From contig CALGPJ010000009.1 in the NCBI GenBank assembly GCA_937960645.1, forward strand, positions 4,522 to 68,521: a DNA stretch of 64,000 nucleotides. The letters are read 5' to 3'. Position numbers and translations under genes: made by a program. Shown here in pieces: positions 38,086-47,893 of the stretch (its first letter is position 1; each line of letters begins with the position of its first letter). The stretch comes from an uncultured Spirochaetia bacterium (GTDB lineage Bacteria > Spirochaetota > Spirochaetia > JABEVK01). The notes below the pieces were generated by a model, which made no database searches, had not been told where the DNA came from, and saw only the letters and a list, made by a program, of their open reading frames with translations.

Positions 38086-39165
38086 CTATTCGGGAAAACC
38101 GGCGATACGGCCGCTGCCCAGGCATTGCTCTTCCTGGTAGAAAACACAAAACTGTCCGACGGCCAGACCGGTATCGTAACCGTCGAGGACGACCAGAGCC
38201 TGCCGCGGACTTCCCTCCGGGCTCGTGGCGGTATGGCGAACTTTGGCGGGGTAAAGGTGGGGACCATGGCGAACCTTAACCGTGCAGGAGCCTTCCGGAA
38301 TCGGTCCGCTCAACCCGTGCAGGTCCTCCACGATCAGGGCGTTGCGCCGCGCGAGGTCGATGTCCGCCGCATGGCTGAGCCACAACACGTTTTCTTCGAG
38401 GTTTTTTCCCGCCACATACCACGGGCCGCCGGACAGACCCAGCCCGCTGCGCTGCCCGAGGGTATAAAACCACAGACCGCGATGCCTCCCCACGATTTGC
38501 CCCGTACTCAAATTGACCATGGGCCCCGGATTCGTCCCCAGGTAGTGCTCCACGAACTTCCGATACGGAATCTTGCCCAAAAAACAGATGCCCTGACTGT
38601 CGGGCCTGTCCTTGTTGGGTAAATCCCACTCGTGCGCGAGCCGGCGAACCTCGGCCTTGGTGTAAGGGCCCAGCGGAAACTCGGCCATTTGCAACTGTTC
38701 CCGGGTCATCCGGCTCAAAAAATAGGTCTGGTCCTTGACCGGATCGCGGTTTCGATACAGCTTGGCCCCATCCGCCTCATGACGGACCACCGCATAATGT
38801 CCGGAAGCGACCCGGTCCCACCCCTCCGAAACTTTTTCGAGGAAGGCACCGAATTTGATGAGACGATTGCAAAAAAGATCGGGGCTGGGTGTGCCGCCCC
38901 GGCGTAGCTCCTGAACGGCGTACTCCACCACCCTTTCATGGTATTCCTTTTGCAGCGGAACGATCTGAAGGGGGACGTCGAGTCGGTCACAGACGGCCCG
39001 GGCATAGTAGAGGTCCTCTTCCCAGGGACAGGACCCCAGGTAGGAGACCTCGTCTTCCAGCCATATTTTCAGGTAAAAGGCGGTTACCGGGCGCCGCTCG
39101 CGAGCCAGAAGGCTCAAGGCCACGGAGCTGTCCACCCCGCCGCTGAGCAGGTGGGCTGTCTTCAT
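38086..39165 (-). CDS. mnmA: tRNA-specific 2-thiouridylase
   Basis: SGGVDSS, PSPDLFCN..IKF, SGHYA, KDQTYFL, DSQGICF, YTLGQR. Confidence 0.95.
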   Translation of the reverse strand: MKTAHLLSGGVDSSVALSLLARERRPVTAFYLKIWLEDEVSYLGSCPWEEDLYYARAVCDRLDVPLQIVPLQKEYHERVVEYAVQELRRGGTPSPDLFCNRLIKFGAFLEKVSEGWDRVASGHYAVVRHEADGAKLYRNRDPVKDQTYFLSRMTREQLQMAEFPLGPYTKAEVRRLAHEWDLPNKDRPDSQGICFLGKIPYRKFVEHYLGTNPGPMVNLSTGQIVGRHRGLWFYTLGQRSGLGLSGGPWYVAGKNLEENVLWLSHAADIDLARRNALIVEDLHGLSGPIPEGSCTVKVRHGPHLYPAKVRHTATSPEGSPRQALVVLDGYDTGLAVGQFCVFYQEEQCLGSGRIAGFPE

Positions 39166-39325
39166 CGCCCTAAACAAAAACACAGCCCGACTTTTTTTTC
39201 AATCGTGGCTTGCCGCGAACATGGTTTCCGATTAACTTTATATATCGTCCGATACGGAGATGTTGGCGGCGCCGATTCTGGGCCACTTTTTTCAACGATT
39301 ACGTAGAGTTTCAGAGAGGTGGAAC

Positions 39326-40600
39326 ATGAATACTGATACCATCGGTCTTAGCGACATCGCCCTGCACTTGCCGGAGCCGCACATCGAACTGGAAAAAATC
39401 GTTTCGGAACGGGTGAAACAGGACCCCTCTCTCGAGAGGCACCTGGAACGGGCCCTCAAAGTCACGGGCCAGCGCGGGCTAAGGTTCACTCAAATCTTCG
39501 AGGACACCGCTACCATGGCGGCCCAGGCTTGTTTGAACCTCACCCAACGCGGCCAACTGAAACGAGACCATGTGCGCTTTTTGACCATCGGCACCGAGAC
39601 CGGTCTGGACATGAGCAAGGCCGCCTCCAGCTACGTTCTCGGTATGATGGAGAAGGCAGGTCTCCCCTTCCCCAAAAACCTCAGCACCTTCCAGGTTCAG
39701 CACGCGTGTGCGGGCGGAACCCTCAGCATGATCACCGTGGCCGGCTTCCTCCAGGCCGCCAGCCTGAACGGGGACACTGCCGTGATACTGACGAGCGACA
39801 TTGCCCGCTACCCGACCCCCAGTACCGCCGAAATCACCCAGGGAGCCGGAGCGACGGCCCTCATGATCAAACGCAATCCGGACCTCATCCGCTTCGATCT
39901 GGGGAGCGTGGGCTTTTTCAGCAAGGACACGGATGACTTTTTCCGCCCTCTCGGGAGCCCCGTCGCCATGGTCAAGGGCGGCTACTCGGTCCAGTGTTAT
40001 CACGAGAGCCTCATCGCTGCCTTCGAAGACCACTGCGATCGGCTGGGTGTCTCCCCCTCCGAGGAGTTAGCCTCGATCGATATCTTCGCCCTGCATGTGC
40101 CCTATTCGCTCCTGCCCGTCGGTGCCATGGAAAAGCTGCTGGCGAAGTATCTGGGAATGGACAAGGACACGGCCGATGCCTACCTCAAAGAAAAAGGATT
40201 TTTCCAGAGCGTGTATCCCACCAGCGAGGTCGGCAACATCTACACGGGTTCCCTGTTCCTGGGTCTGGCATGGACCTTAAAAGATCGCCACCAGTACTTT
40301 GGAGAATCGATCGTCGGCAAAAAGGTCATGATGGCCAGCTACGGCAGCGGCAACACCATGGCGGTCCTAACGGGAACGGTTGCCCCCAACGCACCAAACG
40401 TCATTCAGTCCTGGGACCTCGAGGGGGTAATGCGCCAGAGCTACGAGGCCAGCTTCGAGGAGTATGTGGAATGGACGCAGGCGTATCAAAGTCGACCCAT
40501 CCTGGCCGAGGCCATCGAAAAGAATCAACTCAAGCCCGGGAGTTTTTACCTGAAAAACCTGCGCGAAGACGGCTATCGTGAGTACGACTTCCGACAATAG
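39326..40600 (+). CDS. mvaS: Hydroxymethylglutaryl-CoA synthase
   Basis: GTETGLD, QVQHACAGG, SDIARY, EITQGAGA, DFFRP, LHVPY, VGNIYTGS, SYGSG. Confidence 0.92.
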   Translation: MNTDTIGLSDIALHLPEPHIELEKIVSERVKQDPSLERHLERALKVTGQRGLRFTQIFEDTATMAAQACLNLTQRGQLKRDHVRFLTIGTETGLDMSKAASSYVLGMMEKAGLPFPKNLSTFQVQHACAGGTLSMITVAGFLQAASLNGDTAVILTSDIARYPTPSTAEITQGAGATALMIKRNPDLIRFDLGSVGFFSKDTDDFFRPLGSPVAMVKGGYSVQCYHESLIAAFEDHCDRLGVSPSEELASIDIFALHVPYSLLPVGAMEKLLAKYLGMDKDTADAYLKEKGFFQSVYPTSEVGNIYTGSLFLGLAWTLKDRHQYFGESIVGKKVMMASYGSGNTMAVLTGTVAPNAPNVIQSWDLEGVMRQSYEASFEEYVEWTQAYQSRPILAEAIEKNQLKPGSFYLKNLREDGYREYDFRQ

Positions 40601-41627
40601 CACAGGGATTTCGCGGCGCAAGGCTCGTCACATCGAGGTCTGCGTCGCACGCACAGACCGAACCATCGAGTCCGGCAGTACCGGATTCGAGAGCATCAAA
40701 CTTCCCCATCGTGCCCTTCCGGAGATATCCTTCGACGAAATCGATCTCGATACTTTTTTTATTGATCGGATGGTCAAGCTCCCGATTTTCATCTCCTGCA
40801 TGACCGGCGGTTCGAGCGAAGGCCACCGAGCCAACAAGGAACTGGCCCGCGCGGCGCAGGAGCTGCGAATCCCCGTGGGAATGGGCTCCCACCGCATCCT
40901 GTTCGAACATCCCGAGTTGTTCGAGCATTTTTACCTGCGACCCCTGGCTCCCGATGTCCCCATCCTCAGCAACATTGGAGCGGTGCAGGTTCGGGACATC
41001 CCGCACGCCGACCTCATCGAAATGAATAAGCGCCTGGAGGTGGACGCGCAGGTTATCCATCTGAATCCCGCACAGGAACTGTTTCAGGAGAGCGGCGACC
41101 GCGACTTTCGGAAGCTGCGCGAGGCCATCGCCCGATTCATCGAAGCCTCCCCCCTACCCGTCATCGTGAAGGAAACCGGTTGCGGGCTCAGCCCCCAGGA
41201 GGCCCTGGATCTGGCCGGCCTGGGTGCCGCCTACGTGGACGTCGCCGGCCACGGTGGAACGAGCTGGATCCTGGTGGAGGCGGCCCGAGGCGAGGAGCAG
41301 GAATGGCAGGAGGCCCAGGATTTCCGGGACTGGGGCTGGCCCACGGCGGAGATCCTGCTCCATCTCCGGGGAGAGCCTCGCCTCGAGGGGCGGCTTCTGG
41401 CCAGCGGCGGCATCCGTACTGCCATGGATGTCGCTAAGGCCCTGTCCCTGGGGGCTTCACTGGCCGGCATGGCCCTTCCCCTGATTCGAGCAGTGATCGA
41501 AGGGGGATCCGCAGCGGTGGTCAGCCTGATTCGGCAAATCGAAAAAAACCTTCGGCGCGTCCTGCTCCTGACGGGATCGCGCACTCCCGGGGACCTTCGC
41601 CGGCTACCGATCCGCATTGTGAAGTGA
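40578..41627 (+). CDS. fni: Type 2 isopentenyl-diphosphate isomerase
   Basis: RKARHI, SCMTGG, HLNPAQEL, VKETGCG, AGHGGTSW, ASGGIR. Confidence 0.93.
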   Translation: MSTTSDNSTGISRRKARHIEVCVARTDRTIESGSTGFESIKLPHRALPEISFDEIDLDTFFIDRMVKLPIFISCMTGGSSEGHRANKELARAAQELRIPVGMGSHRILFEHPELFEHFYLRPLAPDVPILSNIGAVQVRDIPHADLIEMNKRLEVDAQVIHLNPAQELFQESGDRDFRKLREAIARFIEASPLPVIVKETGCGLSPQEALDLAGLGAAYVDVAGHGGTSWILVEAARGEEQEWQEAQDFRDWGWPTAEILLHLRGEPRLEGRLLASGGIRTAMDVAKALSLGASLAGMALPLIRAVIEGGSAAVVSLIRQIEKNLRRVLLLTGSRTPGDLRRLPIRIVK

Positions 41628-41634
41628 GTTGCCC

Positions 41635-42768
41635 ATGGCAGGAGAACTCCCCCCGTCGTTTCGAAAGATGCCGGCCCAACGGCGGCGCGAGGTCCTGCTT
41701 CAGCTTTACCCTCAGTCCGATACCGAGCCTACCCAAGACCTCGATTGGGCGGACCGCCTCGTCGAAAACGCCTTCGGTTGGCGCCCCCTGCCCCTCGGCC
41801 TGGTCCCCGACTTCCCGGTAAACGGCAAAACCTACCACCTTCCTCTTGCCACCGAGGAGCCCTCGGTCATCGCCGCCGCGAGCTTCAGCGGCCGCATGCT
41901 GGCCCGCCACGGCGGTATTCGCGCCGAGGCCACACCGGCCATCCTTCGCGGCCAACTCTTTCTCGAGGGGGCCGATTTCGGCCGCTGGCCCGAGGTCCGT
42001 GTTCGGATCCAGGACCTGGCCGCCGAGGGGCTTGTCAGCATGAGCCGGCGCGGCGGCGGGCTTCGGAAGGTGGAGGGCGAACAGCTGGCCAACGGTTTGA
42101 CCCTCCTGACCTTTTGGGTCGATGTGTGCGACGCCCAGGGGGCCAACGTCGTGAACACGCTTTTAGAGGGGCTCGTGCCCAAAACAGAAGAACTTCTGGG
42201 TGGGAAGCGGCTCATGGCCATCCTGTCCAACAACAGCCCCGAGCGCCTGGGTCGCGCCGAGTTCTCGATTCCTATCGAGCACCTGGCCCGTTCCGGCTTC
42301 AGCGGCCCGGAAATGGCCCGCCGCCTCTGCCTTGCCAGCGAGGCCGCCCAACTGAGCACCGACCGGGCCGTCACCCACAACAAGGGCATCATGAACGGCG
42401 TCACGGCCCTGGCCCTGGCCACCGGCAACGACACGCGGGCCCTCGAGGCGGCCGTCCACGCCTACGCCGCCAGGAACGGGGGCTACCAGCCACTCAGCCG
42501 CTACCGCTCTGAAAACGGCCAATTGATCGGCATGCTGGAAATGCCCCTTCCCCTGGCCACAGTGGGCGGTGGTACCCGATCGCTGCCGCAAAGCGGACTG
42601 ATCTGGGATATCCTGGGAATCACGCGGGCGACCGAGCTCATGGAAGTGGCCGCTGCCCTCGGCCTGGCCCAAAACTTCGCGGCCCTGATGGCCCTCTGTG
42701 CCGAAGGCATCCAGAGCGGCCACATGAAACTTCACCAACGCCGGTTGACCGGGGACGAGAAACCATGA
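41635..42768 (+). CDS. mvaA: HMG-CoA reductase, class II
   Basis: ENAFG, ATEEPSVIAA, DAQGANVVN, RAVTHNKGIMNG, ATGNDTRA, GIQSGHMKLH. Confidence 0.92.
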   Translation: MAGELPPSFRKMPAQRRREVLLQLYPQSDTEPTQDLDWADRLVENAFGWRPLPLGLVPDFPVNGKTYHLPLATEEPSVIAAASFSGRMLARHGGIRAEATPAILRGQLFLEGADFGRWPEVRVRIQDLAAEGLVSMSRRGGGLRKVEGEQLANGLTLLTFWVDVCDAQGANVVNTLLEGLVPKTEELLGGKRLMAILSNNSPERLGRAEFSIPIEHLARSGFSGPEMARRLCLASEAAQLSTDRAVTHNKGIMNGVTALALATGNDTRALEAAVHAYAARNGGYQPLSRYRSENGQLIGMLEMPLPLATVGGGTRSLPQSGLIWDILGITRATELMEVAAALGLAQNFAALMALCAEGIQSGHMKLHQRRLTGDEKP

Positions 42769-43724
42769 CGGGGGTCCGAGCCATCGCCCATCCCAGCCTG
42801 GCCCTCATCAAGTACTGGGGCAAGATCCCCGGCGGCATCAACCTGCCCGCCACCCCAAGCCTCGCCCTGACCCTCGGGGGTCTGGCAACCACCACCACCG
42901 TGACCCTGGCCGATGAGGATCGGTTCGTCCTCGACGGTATCGAACGGGAGGATGCCAAGGTGGCCGAGTTTCTGGACCGAATCCGCCGCCTCAGCGGCTT
43001 TTCGGGGCATGTTCACATCGATTCCCACAACGATTTTCCGACCGCCGCGGGACTGGCCTCGAGCGCCTCTGGTTTTGCTGCCCTGGCCGGCGCGCTCTGG
43101 GCCCTCATCCGTCAGGAAGAGCCCGACCCCGTCCAACTGAGCGAGTGGGCCAGGCTGGGAAGCGGCAGCGCTTGCCGTTCGGTCTATGGCGGCTGGACGA
43201 CCTGGGACCAGGGGGCCACCGAGGCCCAGACGCTCGCGACAGCGGACCACTGGCCCGAGGTGCGCGTGATCCTCTTTGTTGTCTCTTCGGCTGCCAAGCC
43301 CCTGGGCAGCCGGGAAGCCATGAACCGGACGCGGGATACCAGCCCCTACTACCCGGCATGGATCGAGGACGCACCCCGGCTCTACGCGGAAGCCAAAACG
43401 CACCTCCTGCAGAAAAACTGGCAGGGTCTGGGCGAGGCCATGCGGCTCAGCTACCTGCGCATGTTTGCCAGCATGTTTGCAGCCCGTCCACCGGTGGTTT
43501 ACTGGCTGCCCACCTCGGTGGCCCTCCTCCATCTGGCCCAGGAGTTACGGGAACAGGGTCTGGGCGTCTACGAGACCATGGACGCCGGGCCTCAGGTCAA
43601 GTTCTTCTGCCGGCAGTCCGAGGTGGAAACCGTGGTTCAGTCCGTCCACGAGCGCCTGGGTCCGCTGCCCTACCTCGTGAGCTCAGCGGGTGAAGGGCTG
43701 AGGGTCCAGGCATGGTCCGGCTAA
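42765..43724 (+). CDS. mvaD: Diphosphomevalonate decarboxylase
   Basis: ALIKYWGK, PTAAGLASSASG, RLGSGSACRS, TMDAGPQV. Confidence 0.95.
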   Translation: MTGVRAIAHPSLALIKYWGKIPGGINLPATPSLALTLGGLATTTTVTLADEDRFVLDGIEREDAKVAEFLDRIRRLSGFSGHVHIDSHNDFPTAAGLASSASGFAALAGALWALIRQEEPDPVQLSEWARLGSGSACRSVYGGWTTWDQGATEAQTLATADHWPEVRVILFVVSSAAKPLGSREAMNRTRDTSPYYPAWIEDAPRLYAEAKTHLLQKNWQGLGEAMRLSYLRMFASMFAARPPVVYWLPTSVALLHLAQELREQGLGVYETMDAGPQVKFFCRQSEVETVVQSVHERLGPLPYLVSSAGEGLRVQAWSG

Positions 43725-44614
43725 GCGCCCCGGGCAACCTTCTCCTTGCTGGAGAATACGCGGTCCTCGAAGAGGGCGGCCTGGGGCTATGCCTTGCCCC
43801 CGAGGTTCGGGCCACCCTGGCGATCGAACCGGCGCCGGACTGGGAAGTCGAATTCCGTTACGAGGCCCGCTGCGATGTCTGGCGGGGCGAGGGTCCCCTG
43901 CCCCCGCTTCTGCAAGCCCTCGCCTCGGTGCTGGGTGAACTCCCCAGGGCTCGACTTGTCCTGGATACCACCGCTTTCAGCCCAAACGGACAAAAAACCG
44001 GCCTGGGCTCCAGTGCCGCGGCCGCCCTGCTATTGACCGCAGGCTTTGACCACATACTTCACGGCGAGCGTGCGGATGTGGATGTCCTGGCCCCCCTGGC
44101 GGTGCGCACTCACCGCCACTTTCAGGGCGGCCGGGGGAGCGGCTACGACGTGATGTGCAGCGCCTGGGGGGGCTTGACCCTGTTCCGGGGAGGCGAAACC
44201 CCTTCGGCCCGCCGCCTCGATCTGGGCTGGCTACCGGGGCCGGCCCTCGTTTCCGGCCTCGATCCTGTCAGCACCCCCGCCGCCGTCCTCTCTTACCGGG
44301 AATGGAAAGAAGGGCATCCGCAACAGGCTGCCCACTACCTGGAGCGCAACAACACCCTGATCTCCCAGCTGGCCAATGCCGATTCGTTGGAGGCGGCCCT
44401 TCCCCTGCTGCGCGATCTATCCGAGCTGTCCCGCCAATTGGGCCGCCAGCTGGGCCGGCCCGCCGAGGTGCCGCCGCAACTGAAAACCTTTCTATTCGCC
44501 AAGGCCCTGGGAGCTGGGGACGAGCTGTTCTGGGTTCTGGATCAACCGGAGAGGCTACAAGCCTTCGGACTCGGATCCTTGGACATCGCCTGGGAGGGGC
44601 TGCGGTGGGAATAG
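43712..44614 (+). CDS. mvaK2: Phosphomevalonate kinase (GHMP family)
   Basis: SAPGNLLLAGEYAVL, KTGLGSSAA, HRHFQGGRGSGYD, KALGAGDE. Confidence 0.85.
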   Translation: MVRLSAPGNLLLAGEYAVLEEGGLGLCLAPEVRATLAIEPAPDWEVEFRYEARCDVWRGEGPLPPLLQALASVLGELPRARLVLDTTAFSPNGQKTGLGSSAAAALLLTAGFDHILHGERADVDVLAPLAVRTHRHFQGGRGSGYDVMCSAWGGLTLFRGGETPSARRLDLGWLPGPALVSGLDPVSTPAAVLSYREWKEGHPQQAAHYLERNNTLISQLANADSLEAALPLLRDLSELSRQLGRQLGRPAEVPPQLKTFLFAKALGAGDELFWVLDQPERLQAFGLGSLDIAWEGLRWE

Positions 44615-45504
44615 CTCACGCCAAGCTCCTGCTCTTCGGGGAACACGCCGTGGTTCAGGGCTACCCGGCCCTCGGCCTGGGTCTTCCCCTGAGGCTGAGG
44701 GCCGCCTATCGGGGGCCGGCTCAGGACTGGTCGGTCGAGGGGCTGCCCCCGGAGTTTCAGGAGCAGGTGCTGGGGGCCGTTCGGCGCCTGATCGAGGCCT
44801 ATCCCCCTGACTGCTCCCCGGGTGTGCTGTGTTTCCAAAGTGAGATTCCGCCGGCAAGCGGACTGGGATCGAGTGCGGCCCTGTGCAGCGCCCTGGTGGC
44901 CCAATTCTATCCCGAACTCTCCCCCACGGAACATTGGCGGCGGGCCCTGCACGCGGAAAACTACTTTCATGGCAAATCGAGCGGGGTCGACGTGGCCCTC
45001 GCCATGCGTGAAGGGCTGTGGTTGTTCGAGCCCAGATCGGAAGGACCGCTGTTGACCGAGGTAACCTGTCCGCCCCTGGCCCTGGTGATCGGCAGCCTTC
45101 GCCGACGGGCCGAGGCCAAATCTCTGATCCTGGACATCCATGGCAGGGCTCAGGCAAAGGAGGGCCGTGTTCTTTCTCTGTTGCAATTCCTGGGACAATC
45201 AGCGAGCAGGGCCGCAGAACTGTTGCAAAGATCCCCACCCGCCATCGAGGAAGTCGGCCGGCTTGCCACTGAAAATCAGAAAATCCTGGAGAGCCTCGGA
45301 CTGGGGCACCCATCCTGGGAAGAACTGCAATCGACGGCAATCAGAGCGGGGACCGTCGGCGGCAAATGGAGCGGGGCGGGAGGTGGTGGTGCCTTTTGGT
45401 TTCTCTACACCGACCCGGGAACCGCTCGCAGGGCCGCCTCAAAGCTGCGCCGAGCTCGTCACATCGAATGGCTTTTGGAACCCCGAGAGCTCATTCTCGA
45501 ATAG
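44605..45504 (+). CDS. mvk: Mevalonate kinase
   Basis: AKLLLFGEHAVVQG, IPPASGLGSSAA, HGKSSGVD, KWSGAGGGG; GTG 44605 after GGAGG. Confidence 0.9.
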   Translation: MGIAHAKLLLFGEHAVVQGYPALGLGLPLRLRAAYRGPAQDWSVEGLPPEFQEQVLGAVRRLIEAYPPDCSPGVLCFQSEIPPASGLGSSAALCSALVAQFYPELSPTEHWRRALHAENYFHGKSSGVDVALAMREGLWLFEPRSEGPLLTEVTCPPLALVIGSLRRRAEAKSLILDIHGRAQAKEGRVLSLLQFLGQSASRAAELLQRSPPAIEEVGRLATENQKILESLGLGHPSWEELQSTAIRAGTVGGKWSGAGGGGAFWFLYTDPGTARRAASKLRRARHIEWLLEPRELILE

Positions 45505-45790
45505 CAAAGGAAATGAAGGTGGTCGGCCCCTGTTCCTGCAGCTCGATGAAGGCCATCAAGCCCAGCGAGCCCTTTTTCCCTTCGGTATTGAAATAGAAGG
45601 GGCGACTGGTGGCATGATCCAGGGCACTGGCCTTTTCGATGAAATCGACCCAGAGAAGGCCTGGTTCGTTCATGGCTTCGAGCACCTTGTCCTCCACCAG
45701 AACTTCCATGTTCCCGTCGGGGTGTTCGAATCGGGGAAGGTACACGAGATAGTTGGATTCTATGGCGCGTTTTCTGTTTCTTTTCATCAT
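45491..45790 (-). CDS. Small hypothetical protein
   Basis: 3' part of the 45491..46096 ORF occupies otherwise empty space; start uncertain. Confidence 0.45.
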   Translation of the reverse strand: MMKRNRKRAIESNYLVYLPRFEHPDGNMEVLVEDKVLEAMNEPGLLWVDFIEKASALDHATSRPFYFNTEGKKGSLGLMAFIELQEQGPTTFISFAIRE

Positions 45791-45922
45791 TCCCCCCTTC
45801 TTCATGATAACCACATCGCCGACAATTGACCAGTCTTTACGAACGGCATTCAACCTACCTCCAAAACCGATCGGGCGATTTGCCAAACTGGAAAACACCC
45901 GAAGCGATACTATAATAAACGC

Positions 45923-47893
45923 ATGAAAACAGCTTTTTTGGGAATGTTGGTCCTTGGCGGAATGTCCGCCCTCCTTGCCCAGGAAAACCTGCCGGTTACC
46001 AGGGTGGTGCTGTTCACCAACGGCGTCGCCTACGTCGAGCACAGCGGGGCGGTTCAAGGTGACGCCAATCTCAGTCTCAGCTTCAAGGTCAGTCAAATCA
46101 ACGACCTTCTCAAAAGCCTCGTCCTCATCGACGAGGGCGGAACAGTCGATGGGGTGCGCTACCCTTCCCAGGAGCCCCTGAGCCGGGTTCTGGGGAGTTT
46201 TTCGATCAACCTTCAGGGAGTCTCCGACATTGCCGGCCTTTTGGAGCGTCTGCGCGGCGCCGAAGTCACCCTCAGCTCTCCGAGTGCGATCACCGGCCGC
46301 ATCGTGGGCGTGGAGAGTCGCCAGACGGCCCGAGAGGGCGTGGCGGTCTCCGAGTTCTACGTCAATTTATGGACATCCACCGGACTGCAAAGCCTTCCCC
46401 TGCGTACCGTCACGGCCATCCAACCCACCGACCCCCGTTTAAGAGAAGAGTTCCAGAACGCCCTGCAGCTCATCTCCCAATCGCGCAACGACGACAAGAA
46501 AACCATCGAAATTGGCTTCCGTGGCCGGGGAAGACGCAACGTTCGCATCGGTTACATCACCGAAGCTCCAGTTTGGAAAACATCCTACCGGCTGGACCTC
46601 GGTGCCAACAAAGCTTATCTTCAGGCCTGGGCCATCGTAGAAAACGTCACCGAACAAGACTGGATCAACGTCAAACTCAGTTTGGTGAGCGGCCGCCCCA
46701 ACAGCTTCATCCAGGATCTCTATTCGCCGGTGTACAGTCCCCGTCCCGTCATCCGACCCCAAACAGCCCAAAACCTGGCGCCCCTCGCCCCGCCCCCCGG
46801 CATGGAGGCAGATAGAAATATGGTGGCGGAAAGCGCCCCGATGTCCGCGCCGGCACCTGCGCCGTCCACCACTCGCGGTCGAGAACCCGCCCCCCTCCGT
46901 CTGCAGGACAGCGGCGTGACGGCCCAGGCAACCGGGGAGATCAGCGGTGAGCTTTTTCAGTTTACCGTCGCCAACCCTGTCCAACTGCCCCGCCGCCAGA
47001 GCGCCTTGATTCCCCTGTTCACCGGGGACATTCAGGCGGAAAAGGTCAGTTACTACAACCCCTCGCGCCATGCCAACACCTTCAATGCGGTCCTGCTCAC
47101 CAATTCCACGAACACCGATTTTCCCGGCGGGGCCTTCACCGTGCTCGAGGGCGGCTCCTACGCCGGCGATGCCCTGGTGGAGAACCTGCCCCGGCAGCAA
47201 AAACGGATTCTGACCTACGGGATCGATCTGAAACTCCGGGTGCAATCCGAGGAAACCCAGGAATCCCTCATCACGAGTGTCAAAATCGTTCAGGGGGTTA
47301 TGAGCATCCAGCGGCGGCAATCCTTCACCCGGCTGTATCGACTGGCCAACTCCGGCGAGGGCAGGCGGGTCCTCCTGCTCGACCACCCCATCCGGGGTGG
47401 AAGCACGCTCCGCCAGCCTGCTCAATTCGAGCAAAAAACGGCAACCGATTACCGATTCCGAATCGATGTCCCCAAAACCGAGGGAGAAACCTTCAAAGTC
47501 GTCGAAGAGATGCCCGTCGCCGAGAACTTCACTCTCCTGAACTTTTCCCGGGGCCAGTTCCTGAGCTATACCTCCAATCAGGAAATCAGCCCGAGGGTAC
47601 GCGAGGCCCTGCAGCGGGCTGCCGACATCAGGGGCCGCATCGAGACCCTGGCCCAGGACATCCGGGAGCTCGAGCGGCAGCGCAACCAGGTCATCGCCAA
47701 CCAGCAGCGGACGCGGGACAATCTGGCCTCCGTTGGCCGCGAGACCTCCCAGGGCCGCCGCTTTCTGGACCAGCTGATGCAGCAGGAGGACCAGATCGAA
47801 AACTTCGGAAAACAGATCAACGACAAAAATGAATCGCAAAAATCGACCCAGCAGGAACTGGAGCGCTACCTGAGCACCCTGAACGTGGAATAA
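45923..47893 (+). CDS. Exported DUF4139/DUF4140-type protein
   Basis: Signal peptide; LPVTRVVLFTNGVAY, INDLLKSL, YITEAPVWKTSYRL, AIVENVTEQDW..LSLVSGRP; C-terminal coiled coil. Confidence 0.8.
   Translation: MKTAFLGMLVLGGMSALLAQENLPVTRVVLFTNGVAYVEHSGAVQGDANLSLSFKVSQINDLLKSLVLIDEGGTVDGVRYPSQEPLSRVLGSFSINLQGVSDIAGLLERLRGAEVTLSSPSAITGRIVGVESRQTAREGVAVSEFYVNLWTSTGLQSLPLRTVTAIQPTDPRLREEFQNALQLISQSRNDDKKTIEIGFRGRGRRNVRIGYITEAPVWKTSYRLDLGANKAYLQAWAIVENVTEQDWINVKLSLVSGRPNSFIQDLYSPVYSPRPVIRPQTAQNLAPLAPPPGMEADRNMVAESAPMSAPAPAPSTTRGREPAPLRLQDSGVTAQATGEISGELFQFTVANPVQLPRRQSALIPLFTGDIQAEKVSYYNPSRHANTFNAVLLTNSTNTDFPGGAFTVLEGGSYAGDALVENLPRQQKRILTYGIDLKLRVQSEETQESLITSVKIVQGVMSIQRRQSFTRLYRLANSGEGRRVLLLDHPIRGGSTLRQPAQFEQKTATDYRFRIDVPKTEGETFKVVEEMPVAENFTLLNFSRGQFLSYTSNQEISPRVREALQRAADIRGRIETLAQDIRELERQRNQVIANQQRTRDNLASVGRETSQGRRFLDQLMQQEDQIENFGKQINDKNESQKSTQQELERYLSTLNVE

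Noticed and set aside
44155..44604. N-terminal extension of mevalonate kinase in the ORF track (similar extensions for miaB, second flaB, rex, tsaB)
   Set aside because: Extensions overlap upstream genes or leaders; homology motifs and SD/promoter signals point to later starts
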